NCBI GenBank assembly: GCA_964106915.2
Contig: OZ066915.1
From: Podarcis gaigeae
Lineage: Eukaryota
Reading direction: 5' to 3' (one strand)
Length of the DNA: 64,000 nt
Part shown: positions 50,589-63,153 of the stretch, in pieces
Layout: each line of letters begins with the position of its first letter
How positions within the stretch are numbered: position 1 is the first letter of the stretch
The notes under the pieces: model-generated
Told to the model about the DNA's origin: nothing
Database searches by the model: none
What the model saw: the letters and a program-made list of their open reading frames with translations, nothing else
Position numbers and translations under genes: made by a program

Positions 50589-52898
50589 GCATCTGGAGGG
50601 CCACAGGTGTCCCATCCCTTGTCTCCTAGTGAGCAGAAATGCCAGAATTTGCATGGTAGATGCAAGAAGAGTGATTTCTCTTTTTTAATTCTGAAAAAGG
50701 CTTCAGAAGATGAACACCAGCACGGTTGACTAGTTTCAGACTGGTCTGGTATTTTTATCAAATAAGCAAGAAATGGAAAATTGCATACATTTAGATGGAG
50801 GAAATAAATGACCAAGGGCTGTACCATCATCCCACCCGCCTTTCCAAGAAAGATGGTGGTACTAGATGAGGACAATATTATCACAATGAAGCAAGTTTTA
50901 ATTTCTTTATCTCCACAAAGGCTCCCTCTTGTCAACCTATAGGGTCATATAATGCATTCGGTACAACTGATTCCATACAAAGATGGCCCAAGGAACACAT
51001 TATTTTTGCAGCTGGCCTAACCATGTTAGAATTCACGAGTTCAGCCATGTTGACTTTCTGAATGACACCCACTTCTATTATTTCATGGAGCTGTTAACAC
51101 TCCTCTATTTTCTTGGGTGGATGCTGCGTCAATCATGTGACTGGGGATGGGGAGGGCTGCACACGGGAATGGGAAGAGTTGGCCCTTTGTGCCCCCGGTG
51201 GAGAGCTTGGCGCTGTGTGTGCTTGGTGCTGTCTTGAACTTTTATTACAGGGAGAAAATAGATGGAGTATTTCATTCGCTCCCTTGGGCAAAAGGAACAA
51301 GTTACTTTCTGTAATCTATGGATATTATCTTGCAGGGAGAGAAGGTGGGTGTTCCTTTTGTGGAAAAACCCAAAAACAAACATGTTTTAGGAAAGATGCC
51401 ACTAGGGGGCCTCGGTGCTCTGTGAAACATGACACTCCTCTGCCACGTAAACCAGAACCTGGCATCTCTAGTAATCTTCCAAGGGCTGTGTGACAGACAG
51501 AACTTTTTTTTTTAAAGTTTTCACACTTCTGTCTTGCCTATTATTCCTCATTTTAGTCTTTAAAATTGCTTTCCTCCAGCTCCTACCAAATGCAGGCACT
51601 TCAAATGTGGTGTGCTTGGTGTGGTCATGGTTAAAAAGCTGAATACATGCAAAACTCCTTTAAAAAAAAAAAAAAAAAAGGAGTCATTGGATGTTGCGAA
51701 TGGAGAGGGAGGGTGGCTTAACCAATCCCCCTTTGGCCATTTTCTTGCTCAAAATGCCCCCAAACTGCCTTTTCACCCACAGTGGAAAAGTCTAGTGTCG
51801 GGGCTGATGCCCAAACGAGGAGCAATTAGGGCATTTCTTTACTTTGGGTTCTGGCCCAAATCCTGTCTAAAGCAGGGGACACTGGCCTAGCAGGGAAGCA
51901 TGTGTCTAGGCTAATCCTGCCCCACTTACCTCCCCGACAGATGCTTTTCTCCTCAGCTACTGCAGTGAGTAGCAGCAGTGAGTTCAGCTGGAAGAGAAGT
52001 GGGTGGTTAGAGGGAAGGTTTTGCTCCCTTCATCTGCACACTACTTCTGCTTTCAATACTGATCCCTCGGCTCCCTACTTGGTACCGTATTTTTCACCCC
52101 ATAGGAAGCACCGGCCCATAGGACGCACCAAGTTTTTTGACGGGGAAATAAAGGGGGGGATGTCACACCCAGTTTTACCCTTCGTGTGAAATTTGTATTA
52201 TTTTAGGCCCAACTATGACACAATAGTCATTCCAATAAGAAAAATATCTGGAAAACCCTGGGGTTATCAAAATCTCAAACTTTTTAATAAAAAAGCATGA
52301 TTATTTGAATCCAAGAAAGTTCTAATATACCATTTGAAAGCTCAGAGAACCCTGGAAAGCTGCACAAACGTAGCAGTCCCCACACCCCTTTCACCAAATG
52401 AGCAAGTTTTTAGGAAGAAGCTCTCTTACAAATGTCAGATGAGGTTTATATGAATGACGAGGGCCCCTAATATATGCAGAACCAGAAGTTACCTGGGGAA
52501 TTACAGAACATCGAAAGGGATGTTCTCTGAGCAACAGAAATGTGAGGTACAGAGCACTTCCCACAGAGGAACGTTTGCTATAATTATTGCTATCATGTCT
52601 AACAAAGTGATTAAGCTTCAGCAGCTGCCGTGCTCTGCATGGCAGAGATTGGGATGAATTCTTCACAGCCTGAAGTCCAGCAGGTGTCAGGTTTAGCATC
52701 GTGGACATCATAGTTGTGTCCAATCTCAACCTGCCCCAGGAGGCATATATCACGATAATTAGAGCCCTGCCTCATTTGTGGATGGAGGATGATTCCGAGG
52801 CAGGAGGTATCGTGGAAATGTGTAGAGGCAGATTTTAAAAAACCAATTCCTAAGTGAAGCTGCTCTCTGATACCATCCCAGCATCCGTGTCTATACAG

Positions 52899-53089
52899 GG
52901 TCCAATACCTATGAGGATGCTGGTGCCTACATCAAGGTGCAGTTCCTGGAGCTGAACATAAGGAAAGATGTGAAGGAAATCTACTCACACATGACCTGTG
53001 CCACAGACACCCAGAATGTCAAGTTTGTCTTTGATGCTGTCACTGACATAATCATCAAAGAAAATCTGAAGGATTGTGGCCTTTTCTGA
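52899..53089 (+). CDS. GNAT1: GNAT1 exon 8 (last coding exon)
   Basis: atacag|GG...TTC TGA; [62 protein letters not shown]; donor CAG|gtgggt at 53095/53096. Confidence 0.96.
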
Positions 53090-53719
53090 CTGCAGGTGGG
53101 TTTTTCTCCCAGGTTGGTCAACTCTATGCAGTGGGTAAGAAAGACCCCACTTTCCTAGTGCAAATGGTCAGGCGGATCCTGTTGTATTATTTGATAGTGC
53201 AATGAGACGTAAAGCAGCCTTCTGTAGCAGAGCAAGGCAGACTCTTGGCATCACCACTGAACCATTTGCAAGGGGGGCGGGTGGAGTGGGAGGCCTGCAT
53301 CTCAAAATTGGAGGATAAATACTTTGCACATAGAAGGTCAAAGATCACAGTTCAGTGTCTGACATCTCCAGTTTGGTAGTAAGTGATGTGAAACCACCCT
53401 GGTCTGAGGCCCTGAAGAACTGCTCCCAGGGAGAGCAAATGAGTTTTAGACAAGCAACGTGGCCTAGTAAGCAATGAATTCCCATGGTCCCTTAACAACA
53501 GAGGGCAAGTGACCAAGCCCTGCTTGTGGGAATCTGTGAGGAGTTGGGTTTGCCAATATGCAGAGCAGGATGTTGGACTAGATAGCTTTGCTGGCTCAGA
53601 GCAAGGATAGGGTAGGCCAAAGGGTTGCTAGGACAGGGTAGGCCAAAGTGGCTTTCAAGGAAAACTAGTTGCTAAGTGGGATCTTTGTTCCTCACTTTGT
53701 ACCCCTTTTCTCTCTCTAG

Positions 53720-54565
53720 GTATTTCTGGCCCTTCTGGTGAAATGCAGCATTGCAAATTCAGCAGTGTGAAAGGGAAGCTTTCCCCTCACCTGAGCTTAT
53801 GCACTCATTGCATTCGTTCTTGCATGCTGGCTGGCTATAGTGATCCACATATGGGGAAAGGCGTTTCTCCCTCATCTGAGCTAAGCCAGACAAAAGATTC
53901 TCCATCTCATCATGGGCGTTTAATTGACCCTCTGGAGTTGGAACTCTGAGATTACTAGGCAGCTTCCAAACTACACCCCAGGAGTGCTGACCGCTACCTC
54001 TTCCTTGACACCCAGGAAAAGCAGGCAAGAGCTTCATTCTGGTAACTCACTTTCTACCTAAGCCACCTCTGTGGTGTGGGAGATGTTAAGCATGTGTGGA
54101 GTTTCCTCAGATACTGGGCTTGTTTGCGGAGTCCTGACAGTTTAGGAAACCTTTTTCTTTCTGTCCCCTTTGATTTCTGCTCTTGTAAATAGTGGGCACT
54201 TGCTAGGCTTCTTATAGGTGTACTAGGGCACTAACACACCTGTGCACACAGGGTGCTGCAGTAGCACGAGTAGATGGAGAGAGATTTGAGCTTTTACACA
54301 AGGTTGCAAAAGCTTGAAAACCAAACTCCTGGTCAAGGCACAAGTCAAAATCCTAGAGCTATCCTTAATACAAGATTTCAGTTTTAATTTTTGCTTAGAT
54401 GACATTTTCTCAGTATGGTTCTCTAGTGAAGCCTTTTCTTTGTTTCACTGGGGGGGGGGGCTCTGTAATTATCTGTAGCAGCACCAACAGTATGTGCCCA
54501 AACACACTGACCTCACAATATCACAAATAGCTGGTTTTATCAATAAAGTAGTAAGTACAATTTTT
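53720..54565 (+). other. GNAT1: GNAT1 non-coding last exon (3'UTR)
   Basis: Strong acceptor ccccttttctctctctag at 53702-53719; AATAAA at 54542-54547 followed by a T-rich tract. Confidence 0.7.
54542..54547 (+). terminator. Probable GNAT1 polyadenylation signal
   Basis: AATAAA with downstream ttttttcttt. Confidence 0.65.
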
Positions 54566-55964
54566 TCTTTATACTTTAGATCTTTCATTTCTAGGACTTA
54601 GAATCATTTATCTATTACTCTTTCTTTAGCTTGGTGTGATCTGTATTTAGTTACTAGTTCTTAGACCCAAAAGTCCACGTGTTTGTGTTAACTACCAACC
54701 ATTACTCATGAATTAGGATAGTTTCATCCTGGAAGAAGAGATCAAGATCTTCTTTAGCCATCAGCAACGATATACACGAAATCATGAGGTTGTCTTGAAA
54801 ATCCAGGGCTATTTTATGTGATCCTAATTCACTTGCTGGGTCATTCAGAAATTACTATACCAATTCTTTTGGTTGGGGATAAGACAAAAGTGTATTTTAA
54901 AATAGAGTTGTGCTATAAAACAACGTATTTCACACCCATGTATATATGGCTGTGGTTAGTTAAAGCATGCTGAATGGGAAAGTACATTAAAAATGGCAAT
55001 TATGGTACATTAACTGGAGGCTACAGGAACTGTGCAAAAGGAGGCAGAACCAGTCATGGATTCTGCACAGATCCCAGCCAGTCAATGTTCATAAATAATG
55101 TAATGGCATGTGCATGTTCAGTTAACAGGGAATTCCACACATTTTCTGATCAGTGTGTTCACTTGGACACTGAACATTTACAGGTCAACATAGATTTATA
55201 TAACACATTGAACAAAACCTGAGAGAGTAGGCATATTGACTGCACAATGGACACAATTCCTTTTTCATCTTTCTATTATGTGCACATTTTCCACATCTGA
55301 ATATGCACAACAGCTGCTTTCCCTGCACATTTGGTCTATGTGGACACTCCCTGCCCGAACCCCAGCACCACAAGAAAAAAGAAGATAGTTCCTCATGGTA
55401 TTTCCAAGCAGAGGTCTCTAATGGGAACCTTGAGAGATGGCTTTCACAGAGCTGCTCAAGTTAGGAAAGGTTCGTCTTTGTTGTCTATGATATGTCTCTG
55501 GCTTCCTCCCAGCCAAGCAAGGAAGCCAGTGGTGTAGACCACACCATGCAGCAAATGGTTACATACATCCCCCACCAGAAAGCCCCTAATCAGCTGTGGG
55601 GACGGGGAATGGCAGGTGATCGCTGCATTGGACACTGCTAGAAAGGTTAGGAGCACATGTGTTATCTTAAGACTTTACTCATTCACGCTTGTTCTGGGAA
55701 GTGTGATTTCCAAGGGTTGTGGCTGATCATAAACTTAAACAAAGCCATGTGCCTGAGTTTTATCTAAACTAAACCACTTGCAAACCTTGAAGTGCAGATG
55801 ATGCCAGACTGATGGAACGCCTATCAAAGCCATGTGCGAAGCCAGCTCTTCAGTGCTGTGTTGTGTTTTCGTGGCCCCGGTTTAAAGCAAAATGGTCTGG
55901 CAAAATCCATTTGGCAATGCAAAAGTCCTCGCTGGTGCGTGCAAGAGAAGCAATGCAGAGTAAA

Positions 55965-57158
55965 CAGGGCTTTCTTTCTACTTTTTATTATTTCAAACCG
56001 TGTGAACAATTTGGTAAAACATTGTGATAAAAGCTAGGCTGCGTCTTGACGGTTATTAATGGCCCCGGTGCCCATCGACTGCCTGGCAGGCAGGACCGCT
56101 TAACATACAGCAGTGTTTCCTCAACTGATACTACAGTTAGAGCTAAGAAAATACATTAAAATAGACCTGACATTACAGCAACCTCAGGCCCTGGGGTGGG
56201 GCACAAAGGAATGGAAAGAAGTCCTTAGTGGAATCTTAGCCCTTAGGAACCTAATTCTGTGGCCAGGAAGAAAAGGTGTTTTAAACCCATGGGCGCTGCC
56301 CCCTCATAAAAAGCTTGGCCTGGACCACAGCAGAAAGGGAGAAAAGGGCTGGGGGGGGGGAGAGAAAGGGGGAGTCCATTTTATGCTAATCTAAAACACA
56401 ATGCACATTGAAGCAAACTAAGAAACAGATGTAAACATACAGACACCCTCAAGGCACAAAATTTACTAGAGAAGATGAGCTCATGTTGGGCAACTCAACT
56501 GTTTACTACATGACATTTTAAATAAAGGTTTCTTTTTTTAAAAAAAAAAGGTTTTCTTTAAAAAAATAATAGGTCAACTTTTCCTGCACAAGTTGGCTTC
56601 TGGGGGAATGTTTTTTTCGTTTTCTTGCCAGTCTGTGCAAATCATGGAGGTAGGAGCTGAGAAGCTTGCTCCATGGCAAGAGCTCCACCTGTTGGAAGGT
56701 GAAAAACAAATGGACAGTGGTTTGCTTTGGCAGAGCCAGACAGAGGTTTGCTTGGACCGTATGCCTTTAAAAAAAAAAAAAGGAAAGGAAAAATCGTTAA
56801 AAACATGTCCAAAGCCCCTTGACTGGTTACCTTCTGCACTTCAGCTTTAAAAAATAAAAATAAAAATGGACATACATGGAAATGTTACAGCTATGGCAGG
56901 CCACCAATCATTGGTGCTTCAGTAAGGCTTTGTGGGCACAGGGATAGGATACAAGCAGCCTGCAAGAGGCACCTGGGACAGCACAGAGCAGGGGAAGCAA
57001 TGGAAACTGTCCCTCGGACAGGCAGAAACTCCAAAGTCTCATCGTTAGGGAAATGAAAAGGAATGGAACAAAAATGTAAGAAGCAGAAGTCATTAAATGG
57101 TGCAGTCCTCCCTTCATCAAAACCAGCCTCTTCCTCATATGGAGCAGTTCAAGTAATC
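55965..57158 (-). other. GNAI2: GNAI2 non-coding last exon (3'UTR)
   Basis: Minus-strand acceptor ctctctccttttgcag ending at 57159; partner donor AAG|gtgagg at 58138/58137, 35 nt after the stop. Confidence 0.65.
55984..55989 (-). terminator. Probable GNAI2 polyadenylation signal
   Basis: Minus-strand context aattgttcacacggtttgaaatAATAAAaagtagaaag, resembling my recollection of the mammalian GNAI2 mRNA 3' end. Confidence 0.7.
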
Positions 57159-58172
57159 CTGCAAAAGGAGAGAGCACAGAAAAGTGAATCAGCTCAAGCT
57201 GGCAGAAGAGTGCATTGGCAGGACCCCTGGAGCTGCTTTTGGAGTTTGCTGCCTCTGATTTTCTGCACATCTGTCAGAACGGAAGTCAATTATCTGAAGG
57301 AGGTGGACAGATATACACAAACATTGCTCACTTCAGTGGCCATGATGGACCCAAGCAACATTCAGCTTGCACCACATGTGCAACCATTGATTCAGTACCT
57401 CCCCTGTCTGTGAGCTAAATGTTTGTAATATACCCAGAAAAAGAAGGCTTCATCCATCATTTCTTAAACACATAAGAAGACCCTGCTGAACCAGGCCACT
57501 TCTTATTCATTAAATTTGTATATTGCCAATCATCAGAGGATCACAAGGCAGTTTACAATATAAAAACACAATAACAAAAAGAATACTCCCGCCTCCCCAA
57601 GTTTAAAAGGCCAGAGATAGTTTAATACAAAGCCAAAGGCCTGGGAGCTAATCTCTGGTGGACCATCTTCCTGAGCCTGGAATTATGTCAAGGGGCCCAG
57701 ATGCATTTCAAGATTGGTTCAGAGCAGTTTTTAACAAGTTGATCCCCATCAGATTTTGAAGAGCTTCATCTCCACTGGGGCTGAAGGGAGCGGACATGAA
57801 AACAAGCTAGCATTTCTCTCCTCCAGCAAGCCAAGCCCTCCAGCTCCCATCAAGTCAAGTTCACAGGGCATCAATGACTCTGCTTCATCTTTCTGCAATG
57901 GCAAAACCACTCCTCTGCCCCTTCGCCCTGCCAGCTTTCAGTGCCCATCCACCTTTGGCATCTCAAACAACCGCTCCTGCTACTACCTTTGAGACACAGC
58001 CACACACAATGGTGCATTAAGGTGTATAGAGATGTCACAGAATTGACAGCCATGTCTTGCTCACACATTTATTTCCTGGGAAGAAACAGAAGTGCATGCC
58101 CTTTCGGGCACATGGATGAGTGTGTGCAATGCCTCACCTTCCTGTGTTCCTCAGTAGATGCCGCCTGGAGAG

Positions 58173-58363
58173 CTAGAAGAGCCCACAGTCCTTCAGGTTA
58201 TTTTTGATGATGACATCAGTGACAGCATCGAAGACAAACTGCACGTTCTTGGTATCAGTGGCACAGGTGAAGTGGGTGTAGATCTCCTTGGTGTCCTTCC
58301 TCTTGTTCAGGTCCTCAAACTTGCTCTGAATATAGCCAGCAGCTTCATCATACTTGTTGGCCC
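58173..58363 (-). CDS. GNAI2: GNAI2 exon 8 (last coding exon)
   Basis: ccttag|GG GCC AAC...TTC TAG; 191 nt; [62 protein letters not shown]. Confidence 0.96.
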
Positions 58364-60025
58364 CTAAGGAAGAGGAGGAAAGAAAGAGAATGAGAGAGAA
58401 TGATATCAGGACAGGACCAGGTGCACTAACTCAATGTAGATTTCTGCCCCCGAAATGACACCCATGGAATCAGATGCTGGTAGTACAGAAAAGCAATGCA
58501 TTAACTCCTGCTCTAGTCCTTAAAGAGGCCAGCATATGCTGCTAACAATATTTTAATCCATGAGCAGTTTATAGTAGAAATGTGGTATGGCAGAGTTGAA
58601 GACTTCGGCCCGAAAAAAGCTCGGATTTCCTCATCTGCCTAGTACTGAGTAACTGAATGAATTTACAGCAAAACTGACTAAATAAATTCAAAGGGAAATA
58701 CACTGACTGACCGGCTCCTGCTCATGAAACTCAAGAGCCACACAGATTAGTCATACCAGGAAGCTGCAATGCTGACACAAGCAACTGCAATAGAGCGGTG
58801 CATTTTTTGGGGGGTAGGGGTAGTTCATGTCACTTTGCAAAACGATCAGTTTCACACTTTCCAAAGCAATATGAGAACTGAAACTCAGCCATTCTTTGAA
58901 ATTCACACTTATCTGATTTTTGTGCTGCAGTTATCAAACCATAGTCGACAAAAGCGCAAAAAAAAAAATGCATTAGGATGAATTTGTGAGGACAACAACA
59001 ACAACAATTTATTGTTGTTTATACCCCGCCCATCTGGTTGGGTTTCCCCAGCATTGTTATTAGTAAAAATTGCTTTGCAATAATGTGCACCTTAGTCAAA
59101 ACTGCATATAAAATGTGTTTATTAGGAGAAATTAGAACTAAAATGCTGTTGAATTTTCATGAGGAAAGATTGGAAACATGAGAAACAGACAGAACTGAAA
59201 TTGGCAAGTTCTTCCATCCCTAGCTGTGCTTTACATACCATGCCCCTCTGGTCAGGAGGAGGCTTAAAAACTGAGAAAAGAAAAAGGAGGGGAAGAGATC
59301 CTTCCCTACAGATTCCCGAAGAAGCGATTCTAACTCTTGCCCATTTTTATATATTCATCACAGCTGAATGGTGGTTCAGCTGAACAGCAGAAGTTTGAGT
59401 GAAGCAGAGATGGAAAGATACTGAGAGTAAAAAAAATTAAAAAGCTGTCAATTTTGAACAATGGCAGAGGTTTGAGTAGAGCAAGCAGGGGGAAGGGTAA
59501 CCCAGAGGGGTAGCAGCAGCTTAAAACAAGGTTTGAGTACAGTAAGAAAGGAGTTGGGAAAGCCTCTGTTGTGTTAGGTTTTTTGTGTTTGCTTCTGTGT
59601 GTATATATCTCAACTATTTCTCTTTGTTAAAATTGTTTTCTTTCTTTCAAAAAAGAGCAACCCCTCAGTGTCCCTCCATCCCTAAATACAATGCATTTCA
59701 TTCTGATACCATGTGTTCCAGACGCCAAGTTCCAGATTCAATGCAGTAATTTAGCATAGATATTTTCTTAACGAACAAACATCCAGCTGTGCACAGCATT
59801 ACCTGAACTTAACCTTCTCTAACTAAAAAAGCTAGCTGACCACCTTGTTCTTAAGATTCTACTCATCTTATATATGCAGTAACATATATAATGGGATATG
59901 TGTGTGTAAAGAGGCTGCAGAATAGAAGAAAGGAGGGAGAACAGAAACAGGGGCAATCTGTGTGCAAGGGAGAACTGAGAAAAGGAGGATGGAGGGGGAA
60001 GGAAGGGAGTGAATGTAAAAAATGC

Positions 60026-60026
60026 A

Positions 60027-60085
<59 letters not shown>
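60026..60085. repeat. (AAAG)n microsatellite in GNAI2 intron 7
   Basis: About 15 perfect units within a purine-rich stretch. Confidence 0.95.
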
Positions 60086-60086
<1 letters not shown>

Positions 60087-61757
60087 AGGAGTAGAAAGAA
60101 GGAGTAGAAAGAGGGGCCTGAAAGGGTCTGGAGAATGGGAGGAGATGGTGGCTTCATAACCGGGCAGAATATGAAAAGGGTGCTTTGTAGTTGCAATATG
60201 TGGAAGGAGGAAGATGCAGGGAGTTACCAGGGGGTGGGTTTCTGTGCAAGGGGAGCTGCACAATAGGAGGGTTCGGAGGAGGCGTCAACACGGGAGTGAA
60301 GGTGAAAATGGGTTGCAGAACAGAACAGGCAAGTGGCTTCAGAAGTAGGATTGGGAAGCTGCATGGGATGGGGAAAAGAAGGGGATGGCAAGCAGAGTGA
60401 GCAGGGGTGCAACATGTTACTTAAATTTGTCAGAGAAGCTGCCTTGGCCTTGTTTCTTTACGCACTTTCCCTACACACTGCAGCTGATGAGATTATCAGC
60501 AAAAGAAAATTCCACACTTCCTGCCATGCACAAAAGCAGTGTTGAACACCTCCCTTTTCCACTGCCAAAGTCTTACAACTCGGCCCCTGACACACAACCA
60601 TTCACTCATTAGCTACAGCCACACTTGTTGAGCAAAATGCAGACTGGTTGTCTTCTGAATTTCATTTCCTCCTGAGTCTATCCAGAAGGCCATGCCCTTC
60701 CTTTCTACTGTTCTAAAGACACAGGGCTTGTGCTGTCACTGAATTGCTCCACTCTCTTGCAAGAAAAATCTAATTATCACAGGAACCTCATTCAACTGGG
60801 AGTCTTGTGGCACTCTGAAGACTAACATATTTATAGTAGCAAAGCTGTATAAGCCACTGTAAATAATACATTTTTTTAAGGTGTTACCTCTTCCCTTTCT
60901 GTTTGTGGTTACTTTTCACGATCTGAACTGTATAAATGACAAGGTCTTCAAGCACAAGTTTACACAGGTCCACACGCTACTGCCCCCTAGCTTACAGAAA
61001 TAGAAATGTTCCCCTGGAATCAAAGCATGTGTATCAGAGATTTATAATACGACTTATGTTGTTGAAAAGAGACCAGAGTGTACAATAAAGCAATAGGAAA
61101 ATTGCCCCACATTTCCCATGTAAAAACTTGGCTGCCTATATTCACCCTTACATGCCTGGTCCCTTATATATTACAAAATGTGTGCACTGATCAAATGTGC
61201 AATTTACCTGGTAACCACATTATTTCCACCACAATCCTCTGCTTCTAAAAGTGGAAGCTTTGTCAGAATTTGGCAAAAGTGTGCATTGCCTACATTTCAC
61301 ATTATGTTATATGCATGGAAATCGACACACAGCTTTCATAGGCATCTGTAGATAGAAACTTTCTCCTTAACCACCTTTTGAATAGGTCTTGCCCATCTTT
61401 GAATTGTAGTTTTCTCCGCAGTGAGTCTGTGCAAGTTTCAGGGCGTAAATTACCCTTCTAGAGTTGCATTTCAAATCTTTTCAGACTCAGCAGCGTGGTG
61501 TGATGGAAGTGGTAGTCCGACAACATCTGAAAGGCCACAGGCTCCCCATCCCTGACCTAGAAGAATCCTATAATAAATTTGGCCTGTACACCACCTCCCA
61601 CTAGATTTTAGTTCTAAACTAAACTGGGAGTGATGCAGAAAGAGAGATGGCAGGCCACAAGGGGTGGGGGGATTGTGAGACAGAAACTTGCTCCTTGCCT
61701 GCCACTAACACCAATCCAAGGACAGTGTTTCCAGACCAAAGAGTACTGGAGTAATTA

Positions 61758-61967
<210 letters not shown>

Positions 61968-62145
61968 TCAAGGCAACAAATATGCTAAGCCAAGAAGTGT
62001 GCTCAGAGGAAGAAGGGGGAAGGGCAAAGGAGCTGAAGGCTTAAGAGTATATGGAAGTCTAAGAAAACAAAATCGAGCAATTTCTGTACCAAAGAGCAAG
62101 CAGGGCACCTTGAAGGCTTTATTGCAAACATGAATATTTCCTTAC

Positions 62146-62275
62146 CATCTCTTCATCTTCAGCCAAAACCAAGTCATATGCGCTAAGAGCAACACAGAAG
62201 ATAATGGCAGTCACTCCTTCAAAGCAGTGGATCCACTTCTTTCTCTCGGACCTCTGTCCCCCCACATCAAACATC
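62146..62275 (-). CDS. GNAI2: GNAI2 exon 6
   Basis: tcacag|G ATG...ATG|gtaagg; 130 nt; [43 protein letters not shown]. Confidence 0.96.
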
Positions 62276-62946
62276 CTGTGAGGGGGGAAAAACCAGCAAT
62301 TACAGCAACATCATATTGCAACATCATATTGCTGGAAACCAAAAGAAAAGATGGGCTTAACCAAACCTGGAAACTAAGTATAACTTTGAAGCAGTCACTG
62401 ACGTTCCTTACTGGCTCAGTGGAAAAATGTGGAGATTTAAGGCTGCAAGATGGCTTGGAGGGCAAACCTCCCTGCCTGCTGAATGCTGCAAATATGAGTA
62501 TACTGAGTAGCAGACTGCTGCCCAGCCCCGATTCCCTCAGACAAACATTCTTGGACTTTCCCTTCCTTGTATGAAATGTAAAGAAATAAGGAAACTACTC
62601 GCATCTCTCAGAGCCATTTGCTGCATGGTTAAGAAGTACAGCTTTCTTCTGTTTGGAACCTGGAGCCCAATTCCTAAGTGTCTGAAAGGGAGTCACACCA
62701 ACCGACTTGATGAATGCACTATTCTCAGCATCAACAAAGCGACTGACCGCATAGCCAAAGCCAGTGGCACTAAGGAACACACACTATGAACTCAAAGGGT
62801 AATAACACAACCATGATGACGCTGTCATGATGGCCGCAGTAACCAGAGCACTGGGTAAGGTTTTCTGTACAACCAGTTCAGCACAAGGCAATGATCTTCC
62901 CTAATCCAAGTAAGAGGCACTGAGGCTAAACCTACATGTGATGTTC

Positions 62947-63153
62947 TACAGTGGAACCTTGGTTCTTGAACTTAATCCGTTCCGGGAGTCCTTTCGACTC
63001 CCAAAACTGTTCGAAAACCAAAGTGTGGCTTCTGATTGGCTGCAGGAGCTTCCTGCACTCAATCGGATGTTTGGCTTCCGAAAATTTTTCCCAAACCATA
63101 ATGCTTACTTCCAGGTTTGCAGTGTTCAGAAGCCGATTTGTTTGGGAGCCAAG
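62947..63153 (+). mobile_element. Tc1/mariner-like MITE, left part
   Basis: Starts TA-cagtggaaccttggttcttgaac, the inverted match of the 17992 end. Confidence 0.65.

Noticed and set aside
59819-60263. Phe/Leu/Ser-rich and Lys/Glu/Arg-rich ORFs resembling membrane or coiled-coil proteins
   Set aside because: Translations of the (AAAG)n microsatellite and its purine-rich flanks
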